From Caldisericota bacterium (GTDB taxonomy: Bacteria; Caldisericota; Caldisericia; JAAYUI01): DNA of 64,000 bases. A program made the translations under genes and the position numbers. The DNA is taken from positions 172,747 to 236,746 of the forward strand of contig JAKPMO010000004.1 in NCBI GenBank assembly GCA_029548865.1, in the 5' to 3' direction. The notes beneath the pieces were generated by a model, which was not told where the DNA came from, did no database searches, and worked only from the letters and a program-made list of their open reading frames with translations. Below, piece by piece: positions 39,377-49,123 of this stretch (position 1 is its first letter; every line of letters starts with the position of its first letter).

Positions 39377-40513
39377 ATGAAGAGACAATATTGGACTGAT
39401 CCGGAACGGCTTGATTTTGAGGTCGACCTTATCCCAATAGGTGGGAATGAATTTATTATGGAACCAGTTGTGTTCCATCCAGACGAGGGAGGGCAACCCC
39501 CAGATCGTGGAACTGTCGATGATGCAAACGTTCTGGATGTTCAGTTCAAAAATGGAAAGGTTTGCGTAAAACTGGACAAAGACCTCGCACCTGGAAAACA
39601 CATGGCAAAAGTTGACTCCCATACAAGGTTAGAGAACAGCAGACAACACACCGCCCAGCACATAATCTCGGCAATTGCAGAGAGAGAATACAAGGCTCCC
39701 ACCCATGGGTTCCATATTGGAGATGCCACATCAACTCTCGACCTGAAAAATCCAATAAATCTCATTCAGGCCGAAGATATTGAGATGCAGGCAAACAGGA
39801 TTGTCATGATGGACATCCAAGTCACAACGACTTTTGGTGCTCCAAGTGATGGAACAAGGGTAAGGGAAGACCTGCTGGGTGAAAACAAGGACGATTTGAG
39901 GATTGTGAGCATAGGAGATATTGACACATCTGCCTGCTGTGGGACCCATTGCGTCTCAACCGGAAAGGTTGGCCCGATAAAAATCATCTCTATTGAAGGC
40001 CACAAAGGTGGCTCCAGAATAACCTATCTTGCCGGAGAGAGATGTATCGCCTACCTACAGAAACAGGACAGAATAATCAGACAACTGAAAGAAATATCCA
40101 CAACAGGTACTGAGGAATTGCCCCAGGCGTTCCAGAAATATATCGACCAGACCCAATCATTTCAAAAAGAATTAAACAGGCTCTGGGAAGTTCTGCTCCC
40201 AACCGAAGCCGAAAAAGCAGAAAAACATCAAACAAGATTTGGCGAGCTGGCTGTACTGAAAACTGACACACCATCAAAGCTCCTGGGCAAGCTGTCTGCA
40301 ATCATTGCCAACAATACGAAACTCCCGGTGGTTGTTCTTACCAGTTCCCAACCGCAGCAGATAAGCATTGTCTCACAAAATGGGAATGCAAAAGAGATAA
40401 TTGCTGCAGTTATGGCAAGTTTTGATGGCAAGGGTGGAGGTTCTCCAAACTCGGCTTCCGGGCAAACAGGCAAGCTGGCTGATACAGATGGAATCATCAA
40501 ATGTCTGTCTTAA
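39377..40513 (+). CDS. AlaX-type aminoacyl-tRNA editing protein with DHHA1 domain
   Basis: GGQPPD, HTAQH, CCGTH, GKGGG. Confidence 0.88.
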   Translation: MKRQYWTDPERLDFEVDLIPIGGNEFIMEPVVFHPDEGGQPPDRGTVDDANVLDVQFKNGKVCVKLDKDLAPGKHMAKVDSHTRLENSRQHTAQHIISAIAEREYKAPTHGFHIGDATSTLDLKNPINLIQAEDIEMQANRIVMMDIQVTTTFGAPSDGTRVREDLLGENKDDLRIVSIGDIDTSACCGTHCVSTGKVGPIKIISIEGHKGGSRITYLAGERCIAYLQKQDRIIRQLKEISTTGTEELPQAFQKYIDQTQSFQKELNRLWEVLLPTEAEKAEKHQTRFGELAVLKTDTPSKLLGKLSAIIANNTKLPVVVLTSSQPQQISIVSQNGNAKEIIAAVMASFDGKGGGSPNSASGQTGKLADTDGIIKCLS

Positions 40514-40702
40514 TACCAAATTAAACTAGGAATATGGATAGTTTTGGCATTTGATTTTTTTTGGCAATCAAAACCGTCCATCTTCACCAGAGGGCTTCGA
40601 AAATTCTAATTATTTCTTTGATAGGCATCACCTCTATCAAAAAGTACCAGTAAAACTCTCTGATGAAAACGGTTGGGGCAGATCTAGGAGCTATAAAACC
40701 AG

Positions 40703-41014
40703 TTAGCCTTTTGAACTCCTGGAATTGAAGCCGTAGCTTCTTTCTTCCTGTATGGTCCCATCAAGCTTGTGCACTCTCAAGGAGCCACCACCATGGTTTT
40801 TTATATAATCGGAGGCTTTTTTCAAAAGATCGTCTTTTGTCGACGCATGCATCATAACTTTTTCTGTATCAACCTTTTTAACAATCCATTTCTTTTCTTT
40901 GTCCGGAACGAGATGGTACTGAGTATGTTTTACACTCGCATTGTGTGCCACTTGTAAAGCTGGCTTTGTAGAAGTTTTTGTTTTCCTTTTTAAAACTCTG
41001 CTTTTCTGGACCAT
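40703..41014 (-). CDS. DUF2188-like small protein
   Basis: YHLVP..WIVK, RVHKLDGTIQEERSYG; GGAGG SD. Confidence 0.75.
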   Translation of the reverse strand: MVQKSRVLKRKTKTSTKPALQVAHNASVKHTQYHLVPDKEKKWIVKKVDTEKVMMHASTKDDLLKKASDYIKNHGGGSLRVHKLDGTIQEERSYGFNSRSSKG

Positions 41015-41312
41015 TACCCCCTCCTTTGGAGTGATATGCTAGATTGTACACATCTGACAGGGACAAGTTGTTACCGAAAAATCACTTATTGATTCACGCC
41101 AAATCTTTTGCTAGACTCTGTCCGTGTTTTGAATAAAACTGCAAAAACCACTCTTTCTTGTATTTTTGTGATAAATCATACAAAAAGATCATTGATATGC
41201 CAGTATTTTAATTGTGACAATTTTATGGTGCATGGCCACAAGAAACAATCTGCTATTAATACTATTTGTATCCAGAAATTTTATTACAATGTTGACAAGG
41301 AGAGGTGCCCAA

Positions 41313-41756
41313 ATGGAAGAGTCTTTTTTGAAACTAATTGACCCAAATGATGTACCAGACACCAACAAAATTGAAAAATTCTTAGGCAAAACATTTGTTT
41401 TCTGGAAACAGATATCAGACCTGATTGATCAAAAATACCCTGGTATTTTCACCCCTGAATGGTTATATGCTGGCAAAAAACACGGTTGGTCACTTCGATA
41501 CAAAAAGAATAAATCATTCTGCACGATGATTCCAGGAAAAGATCGACTAGCCATTCAGATCGTATTTGGCAAAGATGAGCGTTCCAAGGTTGAAGAAATA
41601 AAAGAAAATTTGTCCAGCAGAACAAAAAATGCCTACGAGAGCGCAACAACATACCACGATGGGAAGTGGCTCTTGCTGAATGTCGATGGCGAAGATGTCA
41701 TCCATGACATAGAGGTTCTTCTTGCCACAAAAAGGAAACCGAAGAATTCGAAATGA
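41313..41756 (+). CDS. DUF3788 family protein
   Basis: GKKHGWSLRYKK..FC, YHDGKWL; AGGAG SD. Confidence 0.8.
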   Translation: MEESFLKLIDPNDVPDTNKIEKFLGKTFVFWKQISDLIDQKYPGIFTPEWLYAGKKHGWSLRYKKNKSFCTMIPGKDRLAIQIVFGKDERSKVEEIKENLSSRTKNAYESATTYHDGKWLLLNVDGEDVIHDIEVLLATKRKPKNSK

Positions 41757-41906
41757 AATGCTTGTGTTTGTTTCAATGGCTGGCAAAATGCAACACGAAA
41801 AGTCGCTGGCCAATTATTAATGTATTTTTCTTACAAAAAAATGGGGTTATCTTTTTGGGGAATAAATATTGTGACCGATGAGCAATTGAGGAACTCCTAC
41901 TAGTAC

Positions 41907-41981
41907 TGGCTCCCCGACGAGGATTCGAACCTCGAACCTACTGGTTAACAGCCAGCCGCTCTGCCGTTGAGCTATCGGGGA
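41907..41981 (-). tRNA. tRNA-Asn (GTT)
   Basis: TCCCCGA..TCGGGGA-GCCA, CTGG-CTGTTAA-CCAG, GGTTCGAATCC. Confidence 0.96.
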
Positions 41982-41993
41982 GTAGCGTAGGGC

Positions 41994-42021
41994 ATTATAT
42001 CCACCGAGGGCACCATGTCAA
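41994..42021 (-). promoter_or_regulatory. Consensus promoter of tRNA-Asn
   Basis: TTGACA-16nt-TATAAT ending 12 nt before the tRNA. Confidence 0.85.
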
Positions 42022-42091
42022 GAATGAAAGGTTATAAAACAATTATTGGCATGAACGCGAGCCTCTGGCAGCTTTATTTCGACCCTCAGGT

Positions 42092-42805
42092 TCAGCTTCC
42101 TCCTGGATCGAAACAGTATCCTACTTTGTGGATTGTCCTTATCATTGAGGATGAAAACGACTTGTCTTCAATCTTTTTTCTGAGCTTGTTCACATGAACA
42201 TCGACTGTCCTGCAATCCACGAGAGACTGTTTTTTCCAAATCTTGGTAAAAAGCTCTTCGCGTGTGAAAACCCTTCCAGGGTTACTCATCAGGAGCCACA
42301 ACAGTTCGAACTCCTTGACGGTTAGATGTATGCGTCTGTTGCCTTTGAGGACAGAGTGTGCCTTTGAATCAACAACCATGTCATCAAAAACGATTTCTTC
42401 TTTTGATTTTGCTGGGGCAGAAAGATAGTGACAGCGTCTAATAAGACCCCTTATTCTGGCAACCAATTCGTTAAGGGAAAAAGGTTTGGTCAAATAATCA
42501 TCGGCACCCGATGAAATGCCAAGGACTTTGTCTACTTCAGAGCTTTTTGCTGTGAGCATAAGGACAGGGGTATTTGAACGCTTCCTGACCTGCCTGCATA
42601 TTTCAATACCATCCATGTCTTGAAGCATCAGGTCGAGTATGAGAACGTCAGGTTCATTCTGGCTGAATTTAAAAAGACCATCTTGCCCTGTTTCTGAATG
42701 GAGGACTTCAAATCCTTCGGATTTAAGTCTCAGTTCTACAAGTCGGGCAATCTCCCTGTCATCCTCGATAATTAATATCCGATTATGTAACTTTCTGTCC
42801 GTCAC
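42092..42805 (-). CDS. Orphan OmpR/PhoB-family response regulator
   Basis: IIEDD, ILDLML, ADDYLTKPF; wHTH RTVDVHV..LRKK..GY. Confidence 0.93.
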   Translation of the reverse strand: MTDRKLHNRILIIEDDREIARLVELRLKSEGFEVLHSETGQDGLFKFSQNEPDVLILDLMLQDMDGIEICRQVRKRSNTPVLMLTAKSSEVDKVLGISSGADDYLTKPFSLNELVARIRGLIRRCHYLSAPAKSKEEIVFDDMVVDSKAHSVLKGNRRIHLTVKEFELLWLLMSNPGRVFTREELFTKIWKKQSLVDCRTVDVHVNKLRKKIEDKSFSSSMIRTIHKVGYCFDPGGS

Positions 42806-43044
42806 ATGTATAAATTTATGTTACAATAATAAGATGTCAAGTGACCGTCGATATTTCTTTGTTTCTGCAAGATTTTAATAAATATGACTACTTAGATACC
42901 TGGCAAAGCATATAATCACTCTGCCATTTTTAGGCCAAGCATGAACAATCCAATATTTGGCCTACCTTGACAAAATGACTGTAGAAAATTGATCAAGATT
43001 TTGTGAGAGCCGCACCACACCTATAACCTCACAGGACAGGATAA

Positions 43045-44301
43045 ATGGTAGAAAACATGGAAGATAAGAAAAACAAAAGGGCCATTACCAAAATAGTGGA
43101 TTTTTTTGGTCTTAAAAAAAGCATTGTTGGGATGCTTTCGATGGTTGTTCTGGTTGGGGTCGGCGAGCACATGGCAGAGAAATTCCTGCCGCTCTACATG
43201 GTTTTTCTTGGTGGTGGTTTCATTTCAGTTGGTGTTCTCAACTTCATGGACAATTTTCTTGGGGCCATCTATTCATTTCCAGGCGGCTATCTTGCGGACA
43301 GAATGGGCACAAAGAAATCCCTCCTTGTTTTCAATCTCATTGCAATAGCTGGATATTCGCTTGTGATAATTTTTCCTTACTGGCCGGTAGTTCTGATTGC
43401 GGCAACGCTTTTTCTTTCATGGACAGCCATATCGCTTCCAGCCACAATGGGCCTGGTCTCAAAGGCACTGCCAAAAAACAAAAGAACGATGGGTGTGTCG
43501 TTACATTCGCTCGTCAGAAGATTGCCAATGATATTTGGCCCAATGCTTGGCGGGTTGCTGATAAAAATATATGGCACGGAGCTTGGTGTAAGATACTCAT
43601 TCACAGTGGCGCTAATACTTGCGCTGGTTGCCGCTGTGCTACAGCAAATCCTGATCGAAGAGGACAACGGCAAAAAGAAAGAAGAAATGACTTCTTCGGG
43701 TCTCAGGTATTTGTACAAGCTGATGAGCCCAGAATTGAAGAAACTGCTTGTTTCAGATATTTTGATCAGGATTTGCGAACAGATACCACAAGCTTTTGTT
43801 GTTCTGTATGTTGTTGGGGCTGCCGGGAAAGTTGGCATAACCGATTCGCTTGGGTTTGGTTTTTTGACTGCAATCGAAATGGTAACAGCAATCCTTATCT
43901 ACATTCCTGTCGCCTACTTTGCTGACAAAACCAGAAAGAAACCATTTGTTGTGGCAACCTTTGCTTTCTTCACTCTGTTCCCGGTCATTCTCCTTGGCTC
44001 AAAATCTTTCCCGATGCTCGTTGCTGCATTTATAATCAAGGGACTCAAGGAATTTGGCGAACCAACTAGGAAGGCGCTTATAATGGATTTGGCACCGGAG
44101 AATCACAAAGCAGGGATGTTTGGTCTCTATTACCTTATAAGAGACTTGATCGTGTCTGTCTTCGCGTTTCTAGGCGGAATACTGTGGATGATAAATCCGA
44201 CTCTTAATCTCATAACAGCAGCATCTTTCGGGGTTCTCGGCACACTCTGGTTTGCTTTCTATGGGTCTGACCTGCCCTCTGCGCAAACTGGTATCCCCTG
44301 A
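43045..44301 (+). CDS. MFS transporter
   Basis: About 12 TM; GYLADRMGTKK and ADKTRKKP motifs. Confidence 0.9.
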   Translation: MVENMEDKKNKRAITKIVDFFGLKKSIVGMLSMVVLVGVGEHMAEKFLPLYMVFLGGGFISVGVLNFMDNFLGAIYSFPGGYLADRMGTKKSLLVFNLIAIAGYSLVIIFPYWPVVLIAATLFLSWTAISLPATMGLVSKALPKNKRTMGVSLHSLVRRLPMIFGPMLGGLLIKIYGTELGVRYSFTVALILALVAAVLQQILIEEDNGKKKEEMTSSGLRYLYKLMSPELKKLLVSDILIRICEQIPQAFVVLYVVGAAGKVGITDSLGFGFLTAIEMVTAILIYIPVAYFADKTRKKPFVVATFAFFTLFPVILLGSKSFPMLVAAFIIKGLKEFGEPTRKALIMDLAPENHKAGMFGLYYLIRDLIVSVFAFLGGILWMINPTLNLITAASFGVLGTLWFAFYGSDLPSAQTGIP

Positions 44302-44419
44302 AGCCAAATAATCTTGCAATCACAATGTTTCTTTTCACAAAATCATTTTGGTTTTGCTTGACTTTATCCCCCGTGACGTGATAATTATTTATTCAAGGTC
44401 ACGAAAGGAGGCACACAAT

Positions 44420-44947
44420 ATGCGTATACAGGTAACCGGTAGAAACGTAACGGTAGGCGATGAGCTCAGTTCGTACGCGCAGGAGAAGATTGGAAAACTC
44501 GAGAGGTATTTCGATGGCATTCAGGACGCCCAGGTTCTTTTCACCGAACAAAAAACAGTCAAAATTTGTGAGGTGACGATGAAAGCGTCCGGCAAAATCA
44601 TCCGTGCCGAGTACAGAGGCTCAGAGTTTTTGGAAGCGGTAGACTTCGTGGCCGAGAAGCTTGAAAGGCAAATCCGCCGTTACAAAGAGAAGTTCCAGGA
44701 GAGGAGAAAAGAAGGCTCAAAAGATGTAGAACCAGTTTTTGTGAAACAGGAGCAGGCGTCACAGTCGAAGATTGTAAGGGTAAAAGAAGTGCCGGTAAAA
44801 CAGATGAACTTCGAAGAAGCAATAATGCAGATGGAATTGCTGTCACACGACTTCTTCGTGTTCTACAATCCTGATTCCAAGAGGTTGAACATCCTTTACA
44901 GAAGGAAAGACGGCGATTTGGGAATCCTTGAGCCGATTGAAGCTTGA
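44420..44947 (+). CDS. hpf: Long-form ribosome hibernation promoting factor
   Basis: IQVTGRN, KLERQIRRYK, EEAIMQMELLSHDFFVF, LYRRKDG. Confidence 0.95.
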   Translation: MRIQVTGRNVTVGDELSSYAQEKIGKLERYFDGIQDAQVLFTEQKTVKICEVTMKASGKIIRAEYRGSEFLEAVDFVAEKLERQIRRYKEKFQERRKEGSKDVEPVFVKQEQASQSKIVRVKEVPVKQMNFEEAIMQMELLSHDFFVFYNPDSKRLNILYRRKDGDLGILEPIEA

Positions 44948-45423
44948 TGAAGTTAAGAGAGCTTGTTAAGAAACTAAATTTTTGGGATAGCATAATAGTT
45001 GGTTTTGTAGTGCTGACAGTGGGTCTGTTTGGATACAGCGTTTATGTGAAAGCGGTCCAGCCACCAGCAAAAACAATCGAAATCAAAGTAAAGGCTGGCA
45101 ACCTCTACCAGGAGGTTGCCTACTCCATCTCTGCCGGAGACTTCATTGTGGACAGGGATGGAAGGCCTTTCTTCAAAATCAGCCAGATTGACGAGCTGAG
45201 GAATGCAAAACAGGCTGTGGTCAAATGGGATGGGCAGATGATTTCTGCTGACAATCCCGAACTTTACTCTGTCGAATTCACCGCCCAGTCTGTAAACCCT
45301 AAATTCAAGGGAAGCAATTTATTTTACAACTGGGAACTAGTCAAGCCCGGAAGGACTATGTATATGGAGACGGAGAAAACCGGGTTTATGGCGGTAATCA
45401 TCTCAGTTGGTGAGGAAAAATAG
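44944..45423 (+). CDS. Membrane-anchored hypothetical protein (DUF4330-like)
   Basis: KLNFWD + N-terminal TM; fills the gap between hpf and secA. Confidence 0.6.
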   Translation: MMKLRELVKKLNFWDSIIVGFVVLTVGLFGYSVYVKAVQPPAKTIEIKVKAGNLYQEVAYSISAGDFIVDRDGRPFFKISQIDELRNAKQAVVKWDGQMISADNPELYSVEFTAQSVNPKFKGSNLFYNWELVKPGRTMYMETEKTGFMAVIISVGEEK

Positions 45424-45426
45424 TAA

Positions 45427-48006
45427 ATGAGCATACTGTCGAAGTTATTCGACTCGTCCGAAAAGTTCCTCGGGCGGGCAAGACCACTTGTGTCACGAAT
45501 CAGCGCACTGGAACCAGAATATGAAAAACTTTCCGACGAGGAAATAAGGGCAAGAATAAGCGAAATAAGGCAACAGGTCGCAAACGGCCAGAGGCTTGAT
45601 GATGTACTTATTCCAACCTTCGCATTCGTAAGGGAAGCCGCAAAAAGGACCCTCAGCCAAAGACCATTTGACACACAAATGATCGGTGGAATGGTCCTCC
45701 ACTCGGGAAGAATAGCCGAAATGAAAACCGGTGAGGGAAAAACCCTTACCGCAACCTTTGCCGCAACACTTAATGCCCTGGAAGGCAAAGGGGTCCATGT
45801 TGTTACCGTAAACGACTACCTTGCAAAACGTGACAGGGAATGGATGGGCAAGGTATACGAATTCCTGGGGCTAACCGTAGGCTGCATCTACCACGACGCG
45901 TCATACGACGAACGCAGGAAATCTTATAGAAGCGACATCACCTATGGGACCAACAACGAGTTTGGTTTTGACTACCTCAGGGACAACATGGCAAGGCATG
46001 TTTCCCAGCTTGTCCAAAGGGAACTCCATTACGCCATCGTCGATGAAGTCGACAGCATTCTCGTCGATGAGGCAAGGACACCGCTCATTATTTCAGGGCC
46101 TTCTGAAGAATCCACCGACCTTTACGAGAAAGCCGACAAGGTCGTCAGACAGCTCAGGGAAGAAGACTACAACATCAACGAAAAGGACAAAAACGTCACC
46201 CTGACCGAGGCTGGTGTTGAAAGGGCCGAACATATATTGAACGTAAGCAACCTTTATGGTCCAGAGAATGTTGAAGTCAACAGGCACATCAGTCAATCAT
46301 TAAAGGCGCACCATCTCTTCAAGAATGAAGTCGATTACATCGTAAAAGATGGTGAAGTAATAATCGTCGACGAGTTCACCGGAAGGTTGATGTTCGGCAG
46401 AAGATACAGCGATGGCCTCCATCAGGCCATAGAAGCAAAGGAAGGTCTGAAAGTGAGGGAAGAAAATCAAACCCTTGCCACAATAACCTTCCAGAATTAC
46501 TTCAGGCTGTTTGATAAACTGGCCGGCATGACAGGAACCGCAAAAACCGAGGAAGATGAACTAAGGGAAATCTATGGGCTCGAAGTTGTTGTTGTACCAA
46601 CCAATAAACCCATGATAAGAAAAGACCTCCCGGACATCATCTGGAAAACAGAGGACGGAAAATACAAGCACATCATTGACGAGATAGTGGATTGCTACAA
46701 AAGGGGCCAGCCGGTCCTTGTCGGAACAAGGTCAATCGAGAAATCCGAGAAGCTCTCGTCAATGCTCCACAAGAAAATGATCCCCCATGAAGTGTTGAAT
46801 GCGAAATACCACGAGAAAGAAGCTGCGATAATTGCCAAGGCAGGCCAGATGAACGCCGTGACCATAGCCACCAACATGGCCGGTCGTGGCGTCGACATAG
46901 CGCTTGGCCCTGGAGTGGTTGAACTCGGCGGCTTGCATATTCTGGGAACTGAACGCCACGAATCAAGACGTATTGACAACCAGCTCAGGGGAAGGTCGGG
47001 CAGGCAGGGTGATCCGGGTTCATCAAGGTTCCACCTTTGCCTTGATGACGAGCTCCTTAGAATCTTTGGCGGTGAAAGACTCAAATCGATGTTCAACTTC
47101 CTCAAGATAGAGGAAGACATGCCTCTTGAGCACCCACTTCTCACAAAAACAATAGAGAATGCCCAGCGCAAAGTTGAAACCCACAACTTTGACATAAGAA
47201 AATACGTTTTGGAATATGACAACGTACTCAACAAGCAAAGAGAGATAATATATGCGGAACGCCAGAAGGTACTGCACGGTGAAGACCTCATAGAAACCGT
47301 GCTTGCAAACCTTGACAGGGCCTGTGAGGACATGGTCGCAAACCATGCCTCCACAGAGCTTGCCGTGCAGGACTGGGACATCAAGACACTCCACTCAGAA
47401 CTCATGGACCTGACTGCCGGTGTGGTCAGGGATGTTGAGTTCAAAGACAGGCAAGAGCTCCTTGAGAACCTGAAAGAGTCTGTCAAGACCGCCTACAATG
47501 ACAGGGAAACCAGGTTTGGTCATGAAACAATGCGCGAAATCGAGAGATTCGTGCTGCTCTATGTGGTTGACCAGAAGTGGAAAGACCATCTCTACAATAT
47601 GGACATCCTCAGGGAAGGAATCGGATTGAGGAGCTACGCGCAGAAAAATCCGGTCCAGGAATACCAGAATGAGGCATTCCTGATGTTCCAGAGGATGCTC
47701 AACTCGATTTGGGAAGACACAATCAAGTATCTGTTCAGGGTAGAGCTCCAGGCCGACTCAAACCAGCAACAGAAGCAAACAAGAACACGAACCAATGAAG
47801 ATGATATAAAAACCGCTCCAGCAAAATCATCCAGAGGCGATGAGCCAGAGAGACAAGGCGAGACATCAAGAACAATGAGACCTTCGTCTGGCGGTCATAC
47901 TGCCAATGAGCCAATAAGAAGGCATGGTGACAAAGTCGGCAGAAATGATCCGTGCCCCTGTGGTTCAGGAAAAAAATACAAACACTGCTGCGGTGCAGGA
48001 CAATAG
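45427..48006 (+). CDS. secA: Preprotein translocase ATPase SecA
   Basis: [53 protein letters not shown]. Confidence 0.98.
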   Translation: MSILSKLFDSSEKFLGRARPLVSRISALEPEYEKLSDEEIRARISEIRQQVANGQRLDDVLIPTFAFVREAAKRTLSQRPFDTQMIGGMVLHSGRIAEMKTGEGKTLTATFAATLNALEGKGVHVVTVNDYLAKRDREWMGKVYEFLGLTVGCIYHDASYDERRKSYRSDITYGTNNEFGFDYLRDNMARHVSQLVQRELHYAIVDEVDSILVDEARTPLIISGPSEESTDLYEKADKVVRQLREEDYNINEKDKNVTLTEAGVERAEHILNVSNLYGPENVEVNRHISQSLKAHHLFKNEVDYIVKDGEVIIVDEFTGRLMFGRRYSDGLHQAIEAKEGLKVREENQTLATITFQNYFRLFDKLAGMTGTAKTEEDELREIYGLEVVVVPTNKPMIRKDLPDIIWKTEDGKYKHIIDEIVDCYKRGQPVLVGTRSIEKSEKLSSMLHKKMIPHEVLNAKYHEKEAAIIAKAGQMNAVTIATNMAGRGVDIALGPGVVELGGLHILGTERHESRRIDNQLRGRSGRQGDPGSSRFHLCLDDELLRIFGGERLKSMFNFLKIEEDMPLEHPLLTKTIENAQRKVETHNFDIRKYVLEYDNVLNKQREIIYAERQKVLHGEDLIETVLANLDRACEDMVANHASTELAVQDWDIKTLHSELMDLTAGVVRDVEFKDRQELLENLKESVKTAYNDRETRFGHETMREIERFVLLYVVDQKWKDHLYNMDILREGIGLRSYAQKNPVQEYQNEAFLMFQRMLNSIWEDTIKYLFRVELQADSNQQQKQTRTRTNEDDIKTAPAKSSRGDEPERQGETSRTMRPSSGGHTANEPIRRHGDKVGRNDPCPCGSGKKYKHCCGAGQ

Positions 48007-48027
48007 CAGACAGGCAAGGAAACAAGA

Positions 48028-49123
48028 ATGTTGATAGACGAAATACAGAGGTCCATAGATCAGGTAAAAGAACGGCTCAACCAGGCCAAGGAGTTTCTTT
48101 GACCCGCTAAAGGCTGAACGGGAAAAACTTTCAAAACAGCTGGAGTCTCCAGAGGTCTGGAATGACCAGCAAAAAATTGCCGAGACCAACAAAAAAATTG
48201 CCATATTCGATATCAAACTCAATGACCTGGAACAGGCCGAACATTTCATTGGCGAAGCCGAAGTTTACATGGAGTTTGTCCAGATGGGCGAGGGCTCAGA
48301 GAAAGAGCTTCTTGGCGCAATAAAACAGGCCGAGGCAAAGATACAGGAAATAGAGCTCAAAAACCTCCTCTCCATGGAGCATGACCAGCTCAATGCCTTT
48401 GTTTCATTCAGCTCCGGTGCAGGCGGAGTCGACGCCCAGGACTGGACTGAAATGCTCATGAGGATGTACACAAGGTGGGCAACCAACAAGGGTTTCAAGG
48501 TTACTGTTGCTGAATACAGCCCTGGCGATGAGGCTGGTGTCAAATCAGCAACCCTCCACATCGAGGGCCCGTATGCCTTTGGTTTCCTCAAGAGCGAAAA
48601 GGGTGTCCACAGACTGGTCAGGATTTCCCCGTTTGACGCTAACCACAGAAGGCACACCTCATTTTCACTCGTTGAGGTGCTCCCGGAGCTCCCGCCTGCA
48701 GAAGATATTGAAATAAACCCCGATGATTTGAGGATTGACACGTTCAATGCTTCAGGCCACGGTGGTCAAAACGTCCAGAAGAACGATACTGCTGTCAGGA
48801 TAACGCATATACCAACCGGCCTTGTGGTGGCATGCCAGAATGAACGTTCACAGGGTCTCAACAGGGCCATGGCCATGAAAATCCTCTCATCAAGATTACA
48901 GGACCTGGCAAATGTCCAGCTTGCAGAGGAAGAGAAAAAACTCAGGGGGCCAAGGGTCTCAATTGAGTGGGGCAACCAGATACGCTCCTATGTTCTTCAG
49001 CCTTACACTCTCGTAAAAGACAACAGGACAGGCTATGAGGTAGGAAGTGTCGACAGAGTTCTTGAGGGTGACCTGGATGAACTTATCTGGGCCTACCTGA
49101 AATGGGCGGTAAAAAACAAATGA
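48028..49123 (+). CDS. prfB: Peptide chain release factor 2 with programmed +1 frameshift
   Basis: ATG 48028; AAGGAG-TTT-CTT-TGA-C at 48088-48103; +1 frame continues into the 48269 ORF with SPF and GGQ motifs. Confidence 0.96.

Noticed and set aside
40514..41906. Genomic island integrated at tRNA-Asn
   Set aside because: AT-rich with two DUF genes, but no integrase and no duplicated tRNA 3' end seen
48100..48122. Sec insertion at the prfB internal UGA (CCCG/CGGG mini-stem)
   Set aside because: Only 4 bp, frame 0 stops again at 48115-48117, and the site matches the classic frameshift motif
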